The notes beneath the pieces are model-generated. The model saw only the letters and a list, made by a program, of their open reading frames with translations, had not been told where the DNA came from and ran no database searches. A stretch of DNA of 64,000 bases from Paraglaciecola hydrolytica (GTDB lineage: Bacteria; Pseudomonadota; Gammaproteobacteria; Enterobacterales; Alteromonadaceae). This document shows positions 36,779-46,923 of this stretch, piece by piece. The stretch lies in contig NZ_LSNE01000007.1 of the NCBI RefSeq assembly GCF_001565895.1, positions 256,845-320,844 on the forward strand, in the 5' to 3' direction. Position 1 is the stretch's first letter, and each line of letters opens with the position of its first letter. Position numbers and translations under genes: made by a program.

Positions 36779-39682
36779 TTATTTGGGATTATATCTAGCC
36801 GGAAAACTAAAACGAAACAAAGCTCCCCGTGGCTGATTTTGGCTTAACTCTATACTGCCCCCAAAAGATTCAACTACTTTTTTCACAATGGCTAAACCCA
36901 TGCCACTGCCTTCTACTTTGTCGCGAGGTTGCAAGGTTTGGAACATGGCAAAGGCTTTATCTCTATGCTCTAGAGCGATGCCAGGACCATCGTCAGCCAC
37001 TGTAATCTCTAGATGTTTTACGTCGGCTTTAATTTCAATAGTGATTTGTCCATGGGTTTGGTCATGATGTTTAATGGCATTATTAATTAAATTTCTGAGC
37101 ACTGTTTCTAAGGGAGTTTTAACCAATAAATAGTCCCCTGTATCACCACGTAAATCTAGGGTAAAAGCGTCGTTAACGTTACAAAATTTAAAGGTTTGTT
37201 GGACTAACTCTGCAACATTTACGCATTCAGTCATGGCATCTTTACGACCCGCACGGGCATAGGCAAGTAAGTCGTCAAGTAAGTTTTCCATTCTGTTAAT
37301 ACGAGAACGTATTAAACGTAAATGCTCTTTAGTTTGGTGATCGATAGAATCGCGTAAATCATCAGTTAACCATGTGGCTAACTGATCTATACCCCTTAAA
37401 GGCGATTTCAAGTCATGGGAAGCGACATAAGCAAAGTTATTGAGTTCAAGATTACGTCGTTCTAACTCCAGCGTTACTAAATGTTTTTCGGTAATGTCTT
37501 GAATAGCACCAACCAAACGCACAGCTTGTCCATTTTCATATTCTACTTGCCCTTGAGTACGCACCCAAATCAGATTGCCCGATAAGGTAGTTAAAGGTAA
37601 TTCCAAGTCCCACTCTGTGCCTTTTAATATGGCGTCCTCAATAGCTTGATTGAGGACTTCCAAGTCACTTTTACTGAAGAAATTGGTAGCGAACTCAAAA
37701 GTCAGAGGTTCAGACTCTGGCACTTCGTGAATTTTATAGGTTTGCGTCGACCAATGAACGACTTTAGAATTCAAATTAAATTCCCAAGCACCTATTTTGG
37801 CTATTCGGCCCGCTCGGTCGAGTTCTTCTTTGCTATTTTTGAGGGCAACTAATTGCTTAGTGCGTTCACTTAGATCAAAAATCGAAGCCAGTATTTTCAA
37901 ACCTTGGTCAGTGTGGATCGGGCACAACTCTATCTCGACGGGGATCAATTGCCCATTTTTGTGTACTCCGTGTAACTCTCTATTTTTTGCCATACTGCGA
38001 AATTGAGGATTTTGTGTATATGAATGGCGCAGCTGAGCATGATGTCCTCTATGTGCTGATGGCACTAGAATATCCACATTTTCGCCTAAAAGTGACTTGG
38101 GCTCATAACCAAATAACAATTCCACTTTAGTATTTGAAAACTCAATATTTCCTTGTGTATCAACTAATAACATCGCGCCAGGCGCAGCTTCTAATACCAA
38201 CCTGAAACGTTCTTTTTCGCTATTTATAATATTGGTCAAACGACGAGATTTTTGCGAGGTGTAGATTGCTAGGAACATCACGCCGATAAATAAGCAGCCG
38301 GTAATAAACACGGTTGAACTTAATATACCTAGTCCGGAAACATTAGATTCAAGGGAAAAGCCTTTTTCAAACTCAAATTCTAAGCCTTGTATAACGGCCT
38401 GCTGTGTTGCGCTATAGGCATCTTGTGCTGCAGAAAGTGGTGTTAGGGTGCTAAACAGTATGTCAGGTCCAGCTTTAATATTTAGCCAAGTGGACTCATC
38501 AACATCTGTTTGCGTTAGCTCTTTAAAAAAAGTGGAAAAGTCAATGACAGCAAGTAAATCATGTTTAGCCTTACCTTCTGCCGAAAAGGGTAAGATGAGC
38601 ACGACAATGTTGTTTGATTGTGGTGTGGTAATACCAAAAGCTTGAGGTGTCTTATTCGTGTCGGTTGGTATACGTATCACTATATCCTCAAGCTCAGTAA
38701 TGGAGAGACTTGAGTCTTTAGTCGCTTGCCATAGAGGACGAAACGAGTCATCAAGTAAGGATAAGCTTATTAAGTGAGGTAAAGTTTCTACATATAATTG
38801 AGCATCTGCTTGCCATTCATATTGACTTATTTGACCTAACTGCATTTCCCATCGTTTTATACCCCGTGCTAGTGCGTTAGTAATAAAATTAATGTCGCTT
38901 TTAGTTTGCTCTACTTGGTTATTTAACTGCGCTTTTAATACCGTTTTAACATGCTTTGTGTTGTTGTTTTCTAAGGCAATACTTAATGATAAACACAGAA
39001 TTACTAACACGGATACGGCTGGAATGATGCCTGCGCTGAAGCTCACACGAGAATGAGACCCATCAAACAAAGCGATTAATACCAAAGCAATACCAACTAA
39101 TAAAAAGCAACTTGTCGTGTGTATCGCCATAACGGTGAATTGCTGCCAGCCATAATCGGTATATAGGCTTAAGGCATAATCAAACAGCCCAATCATTCCA
39201 AGAGCAAGTATTATGCTGCCAAAGGCTGATACAATTTCAATAAAATAGCTTGAGATGTGTCTAAAAGTAAGCAATGTAAGTGCTATGCCACTTAGTAAAA
39301 AACACAATGAGGTGGCAAATGACATACGCCCAGGAGGGGCGGTGGGATCTTCAAATTTGTCTTGGATCAGTAAATTGTCAATAAGTAGATTAATATCAAA
39401 TATCCACTGAATAAGGCTAAGGATTGCTAAAATTGAAATTGTTATTCCGCAGCAGCGTATAAAAATAGCTTTATGATATTTGATTGCGCTAATACTTAAG
39501 CCTGTAAGTAAAAAGCACAGGGCCGTATTAAATTTCATTGTGGCGAATTCAGGCTGAATTTGTACTAGTAGAGAACTACCCACTAGCCACCCAGCCATCA
39601 CCACTAAACCAACAAGCGCAACGCAGATGCCAAGGGCTGTTAAAATCGGTGGCAAGAAATTTTTTGTTATAAGTGTGTTCAT
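36779..39682 (-). CDS. Sensor histidine kinase with a multi-TM N-terminal sensor and several PAS/PAC domains. The true start is probably the ATG at 39682 (MNTLITKNF), which removes the ORF-track overlap with the upstream gene.
   Basis: ~8 TM helices, PAS repeats, a HisKA domain (FAYVASHDLKSPLRGI) and an HATPase_c domain (DDGPGI...GSGMGLAIVKK). No receiver domain. Confidence 0.75.
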   Translation of the reverse strand: MNTLITKNFLPPILTALGICVALVGLVVMAGWLVGSSLLVQIQPEFATMKFNTALCFLLTGLSISAIKYHKAIFIRCCGITISILAILSLIQWIFDINLLIDNLLIQDKFEDPTAPPGRMSFATSLCFLLSGIALTLLTFRHISSYFIEIVSAFGSIILALGMIGLFDYALSLYTDYGWQQFTVMAIHTTSCFLLVGIALVLIALFDGSHSRVSFSAGIIPAVSVLVILCLSLSIALENNNTKHVKTVLKAQLNNQVEQTKSDINFITNALARGIKRWEMQLGQISQYEWQADAQLYVETLPHLISLSLLDDSFRPLWQATKDSSLSITELEDIVIRIPTDTNKTPQAFGITTPQSNNIVVLILPFSAEGKAKHDLLAVIDFSTFFKELTQTDVDESTWLNIKAGPDILFSTLTPLSAAQDAYSATQQAVIQGLEFEFEKGFSLESNVSGLGILSSTVFITGCLFIGVMFLAIYTSQKSRRLTNIINSEKERFRLVLEAAPGAMLLVDTQGNIEFSNTKVELLFGYEPKSLLGENVDILVPSAHRGHHAQLRHSYTQNPQFRSMAKNRELHGVHKNGQLIPVEIELCPIHTDQGLKILASIFDLSERTKQLVALKNSKEELDRAGRIAKIGAWEFNLNSKVVHWSTQTYKIHEVPESEPLTFEFATNFFSKSDLEVLNQAIEDAILKGTEWDLELPLTTLSGNLIWVRTQGQVEYENGQAVRLVGAIQDITEKHLVTLELERRNLELNNFAYVASHDLKSPLRGIDQLATWLTDDLRDSIDHQTKEHLRLIRSRINRMENLLDDLLAYARAGRKDAMTECVNVAELVQQTFKFCNVNDAFTLDLRGDTGDYLLVKTPLETVLRNLINNAIKHHDQTHGQITIEIKADVKHLEITVADDGPGIALEHRDKAFAMFQTLQPRDKVEGSGMGLAIVKKVVESFGGSIELSQNQPRGALFRFSFPARYNPK

Positions 39683-39686
39683 ATAT

Positions 39687-41396
39687 TTAATGCACATTAA
39701 TGAATTGTTTTTCAAATTCATTGGCATTAATGGGTTTGGAAAAATGGTAACCCTGCAAGACGTTAGCTCCTTTTTGTTTGCAAAATTCGACTTGTTCTGT
39801 TGTTTCAACACCTTCGGCGGTCACGATCAATTCCAAGGTGTTACCAAAATTAAACATGGCCGCTAATAACCTTTCGGCGTCCTCACCGCTACCTACATTT
39901 TTAACGAAACTACGATCAATTTTTAGGTTATGGATAGGAAATAATTTCAAATGTTCAAATGAAGAGTAACCCGTACCAAAGTCATCTAATGCCAGTCGAA
40001 TGCCTCGATTGGCAATGGTTTGCAGTACAACAGCAATTTTCTCTGGATTCTTAATGATGGCGCTTTCGGTAATTTCGAGTTCTAAATATTGAGGGAGCAA
40101 ACCTGTTTCGTTTAAGACATGATCAACCCCAGTAAACAGTTTTTTACTGTGTAATTGTATGGCAGATAGATTAACTGCAATTAACGGTCGCTTAACATGG
40201 CGAGGAAGTAATACGTGCCAATGTAATAACTGCTTGCAAGCCGTGTCCAGTACCCACTGGCCTATTTCAATCATTAGGCCTAATTCTTCGGCTAGCGCGA
40301 TAAACTCGCCAGGCGCCAGTAGGCCGCGAGTGGGATGCTGCCAGCGTAAGAGCGCTTCCATGCCAGTTAACTCTCCATTACTACTATCAATTTGAGCTTG
40401 ATAAAAAAGCTCAAATTGTTGATTAGACAAGGCCTTACGTATATCGAGTTCCAAGCTATTTCGCAGGCGGACAGCTTCATGTAATTCATTGGAATAGAAA
40501 TGCGCTTGATTGCGACCTTCTTGCTTTGCCCGATACATGGCGATGTCAGCACATTTCATCAGGTCTACCGCATTGTTGGCGCAATCTCCCGTTACCGCAA
40601 TACCAACGCTAGTTGTTACCATCCAATCTGCTTTGTGAAAATTGATCGGCTGTTTAAAGTCACTCACTATACGATTAGCTAATAGAATGGCTTGTTTTAC
40701 ATCCTCTAAGTCATGCATTAGTACCACAAACTCGTCGCCGCCCAAACGCGCCAACAAGTCACTTTGGCGTATGATGGTCTTGAGTCTGCGACTGACTTCT
40801 ATTAATAATTCGTCACCCACATCGTGTCCGAAGGTATCATTTACTTGTTTAAATCTGTCGATATCCAATAACAATATTGCGACGGGCAGGGTATCTCTCG
40901 AGGCACGGGATACCGCTAACTGTAAAGCGCATTCAAATTCATAACGATTAGCTAAACCAGTTAAGGTATCTTGCTCGGCAAGTTGCCTAAGTTTTTCGTG
41001 GCTAAGGCGCAAATTTTCTTCTAATGTACGTCGATGCTGAGCTTGGTGCATCGCTCTTATCAATCTACGCGGGGTGACTTCGTCTTTTAATAAAAAATCT
41101 TGTGCCCCCTGTTTGATGGCCATTTCAGCTAGTTTTTCATCATCTTGCCTGCTGAGCATGACCACAGTGACGTTGTGCTGTTTGTTATTTCGTAACTCAA
41201 TCAATACTTCAATACCATCCCTATCTGGCAATCTAAAATCGAGTAAAATAATATCAAAATGTTGGCTTTGGGCTAGAGCAAGTCCATCCAAAGCGTTGTC
41301 AGCTTGGCTAATATTGAGCGTGTTATTGGCTTGTTTTAACGCGCGAATAATCGCGATCCTGTCCACTTCATCATCATCAATAATTAATATATGCAT
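39687..41396 (-). CDS. Response regulator with REC-GGDEF-EAL architecture (c-di-GMP turnover)
   Basis: N-terminal receiver (ILIIDDDEVD...D), a GGDEF domain (RLGGDEF) and an EAL domain (LELEITES). Confidence 0.8.
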   Translation of the reverse strand: MHILIIDDDEVDRIAIIRALKQANNTLNISQADNALDGLALAQSQHFDIILLDFRLPDRDGIEVLIELRNNKQHNVTVVMLSRQDDEKLAEMAIKQGAQDFLLKDEVTPRRLIRAMHQAQHRRTLEENLRLSHEKLRQLAEQDTLTGLANRYEFECALQLAVSRASRDTLPVAILLLDIDRFKQVNDTFGHDVGDELLIEVSRRLKTIIRQSDLLARLGGDEFVVLMHDLEDVKQAILLANRIVSDFKQPINFHKADWMVTTSVGIAVTGDCANNAVDLMKCADIAMYRAKQEGRNQAHFYSNELHEAVRLRNSLELDIRKALSNQQFELFYQAQIDSSNGELTGMEALLRWQHPTRGLLAPGEFIALAEELGLMIEIGQWVLDTACKQLLHWHVLLPRHVKRPLIAVNLSAIQLHSKKLFTGVDHVLNETGLLPQYLELEITESAIIKNPEKIAVVLQTIANRGIRLALDDFGTGYSSFEHLKLFPIHNLKIDRSFVKNVGSGEDAERLLAAMFNFGNTLELIVTAEGVETTEQVEFCKQKGANVLQGYHFSKPINANEFEKQFINVH

Positions 41397-41415
41397 AGTG
41401 ACTCTTACGACAAAT

Positions 41416-41856
41416 TTAGGGATTTACTGGTAATTCAACAATGCGCCAATAATGGTCAAGCATTTCGATTAAGGACATGAAGCCATCTTCGATTTTTCTT
41501 TTGACGACATAACCAGCCGCATGTTTTTGATATGCGGCTATTTTATCTTGGTCATCGTATGACGTGGTTAAAACAAAAACGACAGCGCTGGATAAGATAG
41601 GGTGGTTACGAACTTTATCTAAAAACTCAAAACCATTCATACGTGGCATATTAATATCGAGAAGAATTAAATAGGGGCGTTTAATTACATCTGGCATTTC
41701 CAGAAGTTCAAGTGCTTCAATACCATCCCTTGCTCGAACTACTGGATTAGATATTTTGAGTTTACGTAAAGCTCGTTCAACGCCAATAGCATCCACATCA
41801 TCATCTTCAACTAATAAAATCGTAACAGCATGAGTTTCAGGGGGCAGTTTTGACAC
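41416..41856 (-). CDS. Single-domain CheY-like response regulator
   Basis: 146 aa REC domain (ILLVEDDDVD...LLDINMP...K). GTG start with an AAGGA Shine-Dalgarno. Confidence 0.7.
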   Translation of the reverse strand: MSKLPPETHAVTILLVEDDDVDAIGVERALRKLKISNPVVRARDGIEALELLEMPDVIKRPYLILLDINMPRMNGFEFLDKVRNHPILSSAVVFVLTTSYDDQDKIAAYQKHAAGYVVKRKIEDGFMSLIEMLDHYWRIVELPVNP

Positions 41857-42174
41857 TATGATGAAATCCTTTTTTTCTAATTAAATCATTAACTAAGATG
41901 AGAATTTTTTTCCACAATTAGAAAAGTAGCTTAAAAAAAATGAATTGTCACTTAAATTTGAAAGGTGCTTATCAGGTAGTAAAACTGCTCTTTTGTTGGC
42001 TGCACTTGTTCGTCGTGATTTATAAATTGATCGGCACTTAGTTAGTCTAAGCTTATGGAATTTCATGCATTTGTAGCCGCCGTGCAATTCAAATGATAAA
42101 GGGCTGATAACTAAATTTAGGCGGATTTAGATGCAAAAGAGAGAGTGAATTAAAAGATAAACTAAGGCAAAGTC

Positions 42175-42203
42175 TTGACCCTCAGCTTAAGCTTGCTTAT
42201 AAC
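42175..42203 (+). promoter_or_regulatory. Candidate sigma-70 promoter for prk
   Basis: TTGACC - 17 nt spacer - TATAAC, located 30 nt upstream of the ATG. Confidence 0.35.
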
Positions 42204-42233
42204 TGTTGTCCGTTTGGCGGCTAAGTATTTTCA

Positions 42234-43136
42234 ATGTCAGTAAAACATCCCATTATTGCTATCACTGGTTCATCAGGCGCAGGCACCACGTCTACGACAA
42301 ATGCTATCCGGCATATATTCCGAAATTTGTCGGTTAATGCCGCTGTGGTGGCGGGTGATAGTTTTCATCGCTTTACCCGCCCTGAAATGGAAGTGGAAAT
42401 TCGTAAAGCCCAAGAACAAGGTCGGCATATCAGTTATTTTGGACCTCGAGCGAACGATTTTGAAATGCTTGAAAGTCTGTTTAAAGAATACGGTGAAACG
42501 GGTAGGGGTAAACATCGCCAATACCTGCATACCTTTGATGAAGCTGTGCCCTTTAATCAAATGCCCGGTACCTTTACCCCTTGGCAGGATTTACCAGATA
42601 AAACCGATTTGTTGTTTTATGAAGGCTTGCATGGCGGTGTCGCCAATGACGACGTGGATGTTGCTAAACACGTGGATTTGTTGGTGGGTACGGTGCCTAT
42701 TGTTAACCTTGAATGGATCCAAAAAATTGTCCGTGATACCTCCGAACGTGGTCATTCTCGCGAGGCGGTTATGGCCAGTATTGTGCGTAGCCTTGATGAC
42801 TATTTTAAATACATCACTCCGCAGTTTTCTTTAACTCATGTTAATTTTCAGCGGGTGCCTACCGTTGATACTTCTAATCCTTTTAGTGCCCGCGAGATCC
42901 CCAGTCAGGATGAAAGTTTTGTGGTGGTGCGTTTTCGTCGTGAAATGAAAAACGTCGATTATCCTTTTTTATTGAAGATGATCGATGGTTCTTTTATGTC
43001 GCGCATTAATACCTTGGTGGTACCCGGAGGCAAAATGACCTTGGCCATGGAGCTGATTATTTCGCCTTTATTAGAAGAAATTCTCGATAAAAAACGTCGT
43101 GCGGGTTTTCAAATGGATTGGGTCAGCGAAAAGTAA
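42234..43136 (+). CDS. prk: Phosphoribulokinase/uridine-kinase family protein (PrkB-like)
   Basis: P-loop AITGSSGAGTTST at the N-terminus. The ~300 aa size is typical of gammaproteobacterial PrkB. Confidence 0.75.
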   Translation: MSVKHPIIAITGSSGAGTTSTTNAIRHIFRNLSVNAAVVAGDSFHRFTRPEMEVEIRKAQEQGRHISYFGPRANDFEMLESLFKEYGETGRGKHRQYLHTFDEAVPFNQMPGTFTPWQDLPDKTDLLFYEGLHGGVANDDVDVAKHVDLLVGTVPIVNLEWIQKIVRDTSERGHSREAVMASIVRSLDDYFKYITPQFSLTHVNFQRVPTVDTSNPFSAREIPSQDESFVVVRFRREMKNVDYPFLLKMIDGSFMSRINTLVVPGGKMTLAMELIISPLLEEILDKKRRAGFQMDWVSEK

Positions 43137-43191
43137 CTCTAGATTTAATCTCTCTAAAACGTTTATTCACTATAAATAAATCAAGGTTGTT

Positions 43192-44172
43192 ATGACAATT
43201 AAACAGCATTATCGCTGGGGCATCATTGGTTGTGGTGATGTATGTGAAGTTAAAAGCGCTCCTGCTTATCAAAGGGTCGCAGGCTTTGAATTAGTCGCTG
43301 TGATGTCTCGTAGTCTGGCAAAAGCACAAGACTTTGCCCAACGTCACAAAGTGCCTAAGTACTATGATAACGCATAACAACTGATTGATGATCCTGAAAT
43401 CGACGCAGTTTATATAGCCACGCCGCCTGACAGCCATTACGAATACGCTTTACAAGTCGCCAAGGCTGGTAAAATCTGCTGTGTTGAAAAACCCATGGCA
43501 CTTAATTTTAACCAATGTATCGGCATGCAGCAGGCTTTTGCTCTGCAACAACTGCCTTTGTTTGTCGCCTATTACCGTCGTTCGCTACCAGGTTTTAAAC
43601 AGATTAAACACTGGCTGGATGCCGCTGAAATTGGTCAGGTCAGACATATTCACTGGCAATATACCCGCCCTCCCAGCACCATTGATTTAGCTCAAACCCG
43701 CAATTGGCGTACCCAAAAAGAAATTGCCAAAGCGGGTTATTTTGAAGATATAGCCAGTCATGGCTTAGATCTGATGAGTTACTTTTTGGGCCCAGTTAAA
43801 CAGGCACAAGGTGTGGCGAGTAACCAACAAGGTTTGTATTCTGCTTATGATGCGGTGGCGGCAAGCTTGTTATTTGAATCGGGTGTGACAGGCACAGGTT
43901 TCTGGAATTTTGCCGCAGATCGTTTGGTTGATAAAGTTCAGATTATGGGTGAATCAGGTCAAATTAGCTTTAGTGTATTTGAAGACGGTTTGGCGCTACT
44001 TGAATCAAAGGATAAATATATTACTTATCCTTTGGACAAACCCAGCCCCGTTCAGGCTGACTTTGTCAGTGATATCGCCTTTCATTTAGCTGGTAAAAGC
44101 TTACATCCTTCCCTTGCTGAGAGTGCGGCACATACCAATTGGCTGATGGATACCATATTAAAAGATGCTTAA
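43192..44172 (+). pseudogene. Gfo/Idh/MocA-family NAD(P)-dependent oxidoreductase interrupted by one in-frame TAA at 43375-43377
   Basis: Rossmann N-terminus (WGIIGCGDV). The sequence reads YYDNA*QLIDDPEIDAVYIATP across the stop, where family members normally have Glu (GAA). Both ORF pieces are in the same frame. Confidence 0.6.
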
Positions 44173-44439
44173 GCTTATCTATACCCAAACAACCCTCAGA
44201 AGCGCCGTACCGGTGGGTTTAAATCCGTTTTATACCGCGTTAAATGCTTTCGATTTAGTCCCTTTCTTATAAACAAAGAACACCTTCAAGCATTCGCCTT
44301 GTCTAAAATGGATTTAATTCCCACTGAAAAATGTGTATGGAACACATTTTAACAACCGCAGATTGACCTAGGGTGAATACTATGGATGGTATTCATAATC
44401 CTGCATCTTCAGGTTGCTTGGGTATATACAATGCCAGCG

Positions 44440-44604
44440 TCACAGTGAACTTCCGCGCTTAGGGTTTTTCATGCGGCTATCTAACAAAACGGCTCCACAT
44501 CCTTCCTGTGCCAGTTCATCATTAACATTGTAAATAGGGCAGGACTTCATGGACAAACATCCACAGCCAATACAGCCGGTCAGCGAATCACCATCAGCCA
44601 ACAC
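44440..44604 (-). CDS. Possible small Cys-rich ORF (~54 aa) with a GTG start; may be a gene remnant
   Basis: Translation ...SLTGCIGCGCLSMKSCPIYNVNDELAQEGCGAVLL... contains six Cys. No convincing Shine-Dalgarno. Below the ORF-track cutoff. Confidence 0.2.
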   Translation of the reverse strand: MLADGDSLTGCIGCGCLSMKSCPIYNVNDELAQEGCGAVLLDSRMKNPKRGSSL

Positions 44605-44692
44605 CCCAATCAAACCTAATGTTTACAATGGATTGTTTTAATTATATTAAATAAAAGAATTTTATTATGATGTATCGCTCTTTAAATACTGG

Positions 44693-45781
44693 CTAAGACA
44701 TACATAACTTTTTTGCATATAATTTTGCCATATCTCTAAAAGGTACTTCTATAAATTTATAAGTCAAACTTGCGAATACCACCGTAATACTCATAACAAA
44801 AAGACTAAATAATACACTTCTAAAGGGATTGAATTCTGAAACTACTAAATCAAAAATATATTCTAATATAAGCTGTGTCACAGATATCATGATGCTATGT
44901 ATCATATAAATAGAGTAAGACCAAAGGCCAATTAAACGTAAAATTTGTTTATTTAGAATGCTACCTATAACCCCATCTTTTTTAGATGAAAATACGAAAA
45001 TAGCAAACATAAATGCTAATAACGCAAGTACAAATGAATATGGGCTAATAGATGCCAAGCTAACTGTTGTTACTAGAAATGTGACAGTAAGAAGCTCTAG
45101 CAATTGAATATATTTTATTGACCATGACTCCTCTTGGATAGAATCTTGAATTCGATGAAGAATTACACCTAAATAAAATGCACCAATACAGCGAATCCCT
45201 CCATAATCATGTGTAATATTAAGACTATCTCTACCCAAAGAGATTAAAAAAGCATATGCAGTTACTGAGACAATAATGCAAGGAATAATTTTGCTTTTTT
45301 TGTCGATATATAGCGAAAAGATAAAAAAGAATACATATGCAAAAAATTCACTACTGATACTCCAACTGGGCACATTCCAACTATTTCCATCATTAATACC
45401 GAAAGACTGTATAAAAAAAACATGGGTAACAAATGACACAAAGTTATTGTTTTCATCAAACTGTTCTGACCCACCAAATCCATAAACAAAAAGAATTTGC
45501 TTAAAAGTCAAGTAAACAAGCCAAACAAGTAAGATTGTAATGTGCAATGGGTAAAGCCTCCCCAATCTTGCAATAATATATGCTTTAAAAGGGAAACCGT
45601 TGTGAATTCGAACACCATATGCAAGTGACATAACAAAACCAGACAACACAAAAAAAAAGTCAACAAAAAGGTAACTATTTTGAATAAATTGAAAACTAAA
45701 GTTTCCAACTTTTATTTGGCAGTGGTACAAAACCACTAAAAGTGCAGCCAAGCCCCTCAAAGATTCAAGCTTATAGAGCAT
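44693..45781 (-). CDS. Acyltransferase family 3 (OatA/OpgC-like) integral membrane acyltransferase, in an AT-rich islet
   Basis: 362 aa with ~10 TM helices. N-terminal LRGLAALLVVLYH motif typical of Acyl_transf_3. Confidence 0.6.
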   Translation of the reverse strand: MLYKLESLRGLAALLVVLYHCQIKVGNFSFQFIQNSYLFVDFFFVLSGFVMSLAYGVRIHNGFPFKAYIIARLGRLYPLHITILLVWLVYLTFKQILFVYGFGGSEQFDENNNFVSFVTHVFFIQSFGINDGNSWNVPSWSISSEFFAYVFFFIFSLYIDKKSKIIPCIIVSVTAYAFLISLGRDSLNITHDYGGIRCIGAFYLGVILHRIQDSIQEESWSIKYIQLLELLTVTFLVTTVSLASISPYSFVLALLAFMFAIFVFSSKKDGVIGSILNKQILRLIGLWSYSIYMIHSIMISVTQLILEYIFDLVVSEFNPFRSVLFSLFVMSITVVFASLTYKFIEVPFRDMAKLYAKKLCMS

Positions 45782-46175
45782 AAGCGTTCCTTATTTTCAA
45801 TATTTACTCATAAAATATCATTAAACAATATGAAGGGGCATAGTTAAGTGCAATTTTGGCTCCAAAGGACATCCAAATCTTACAAACATTTAGGATTATA
45901 AGTCTCAGAATTATCACGCTGCCCGCGTATATTTAAATTTAGATTAAATTCAATAAAAACAATTAGCTATTTGAAACCGATTCCGGCCCAGAAGACCACC
46001 GAAATGACATGTTGTTATTTTTCTAATGGCGAAGAAATTCTTTATTAGCTACACATTATGACTAACAAAATGACAAACTTTGTAACAATCCAACTCGCCC
46101 AGCAACGTCACTAACCTTTGGAAATTTGACGCTTTAACTTATAGTGAGGGCATTGCTGTTTAATGGATATAACTA

Positions 46176-46901
46176 ATGGGTCAAGAAACTACCAAAATTC
46201 TCGTTGTTGATGATGATATGCGTTTACGCAGTCTGCTTGAACGTTATCTGGTTGAGCAGGGTTATCAAGTCAGGGCCGCAGCAAATTCTGAGCAGATGGA
46301 CAGGTATCTTGAGCGTGAAAATTTCCATTTAATGGTGCTCGACCTAATGTTACCCGGCGAAGATGGTTTGTCAATTTGCCGCCGTTTACGCCAAAAAGAA
46401 AATCAAATTCCGATCATTATGTTGACCGCCAAAGGCGACGAAGTGGATCGTATTATCGGCCTCGAAATGGGCGCTGATGATTATTTGCCGAAACCCTTTA
46501 ATCCCCGTGAATTATTAGCCAGAGCCAAAGCGGTATTAAGACGCAAAACCAATGAGGCTCCGGGTGCTCCTTCACAAGAAGAACAGATTATTACGTTTGG
46601 TAAGTACTCACTTAATCTTGGTACTCGTGAAATGAGTGCACAAGGTCAACCGATGACCTTAACCAGTGGCGAGTTTGCGGTGCTTAAATCCCTAGTAACT
46701 CACCCCCGTGAGCCACTGTCGCGGGATAAGTTAATGAACTTGGCTCGCGGTCGTGATTATTCGGCTTTAGAGCGCAGCATAGATGTGCAAGTATCTCGTT
46801 TACGTCGCATGTTAGAAGAAGATCCCGCTAACCCTCGTTACATTCAGACGGTATGGGGTTTGGGTTATGTGTTTGTGCCTGATGGTGGGCAGGGTGCCTG
46901 A
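46176..46901 (+). CDS. ompR: Osmolarity response regulator OmpR
   Basis: Near-canonical OmpR sequence (ILVVDDDMRLR..., winged-helix C-terminus). Followed by envZ. Confidence 0.9.
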   Translation: MGQETTKILVVDDDMRLRSLLERYLVEQGYQVRAAANSEQMDRYLERENFHLMVLDLMLPGEDGLSICRRLRQKENQIPIIMLTAKGDEVDRIIGLEMGADDYLPKPFNPRELLARAKAVLRRKTNEAPGAPSQEEQIITFGKYSLNLGTREMSAQGQPMTLTSGEFAVLKSLVTHPREPLSRDKLMNLARGRDYSALERSIDVQVSRLRRMLEEDPANPRYIQTVWGLGYVFVPDGGQGA

Positions 46902-46923
46902 GTCAGTCTAAAGAGCAGTATTA

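Noticed and set aside
42256-42834. 192-aa plus-strand ORF overlapping prk in another frame, and the minus-strand ORF 42273-42560
   Set aside because: These are entirely nested in a well-supported P-loop kinase gene with no independent signals. They are spurious overlapping ORFs.
44195-44240. tRNA-like sequence (ggtgggtttaaatccg resembling a T-arm GGTTCGAATCC)
   Set aside because: No acceptor, D or anticodon stems can be formed around it, and the T-loop consensus is not met. It appears to be a chance similarity in an intergenic spacer.
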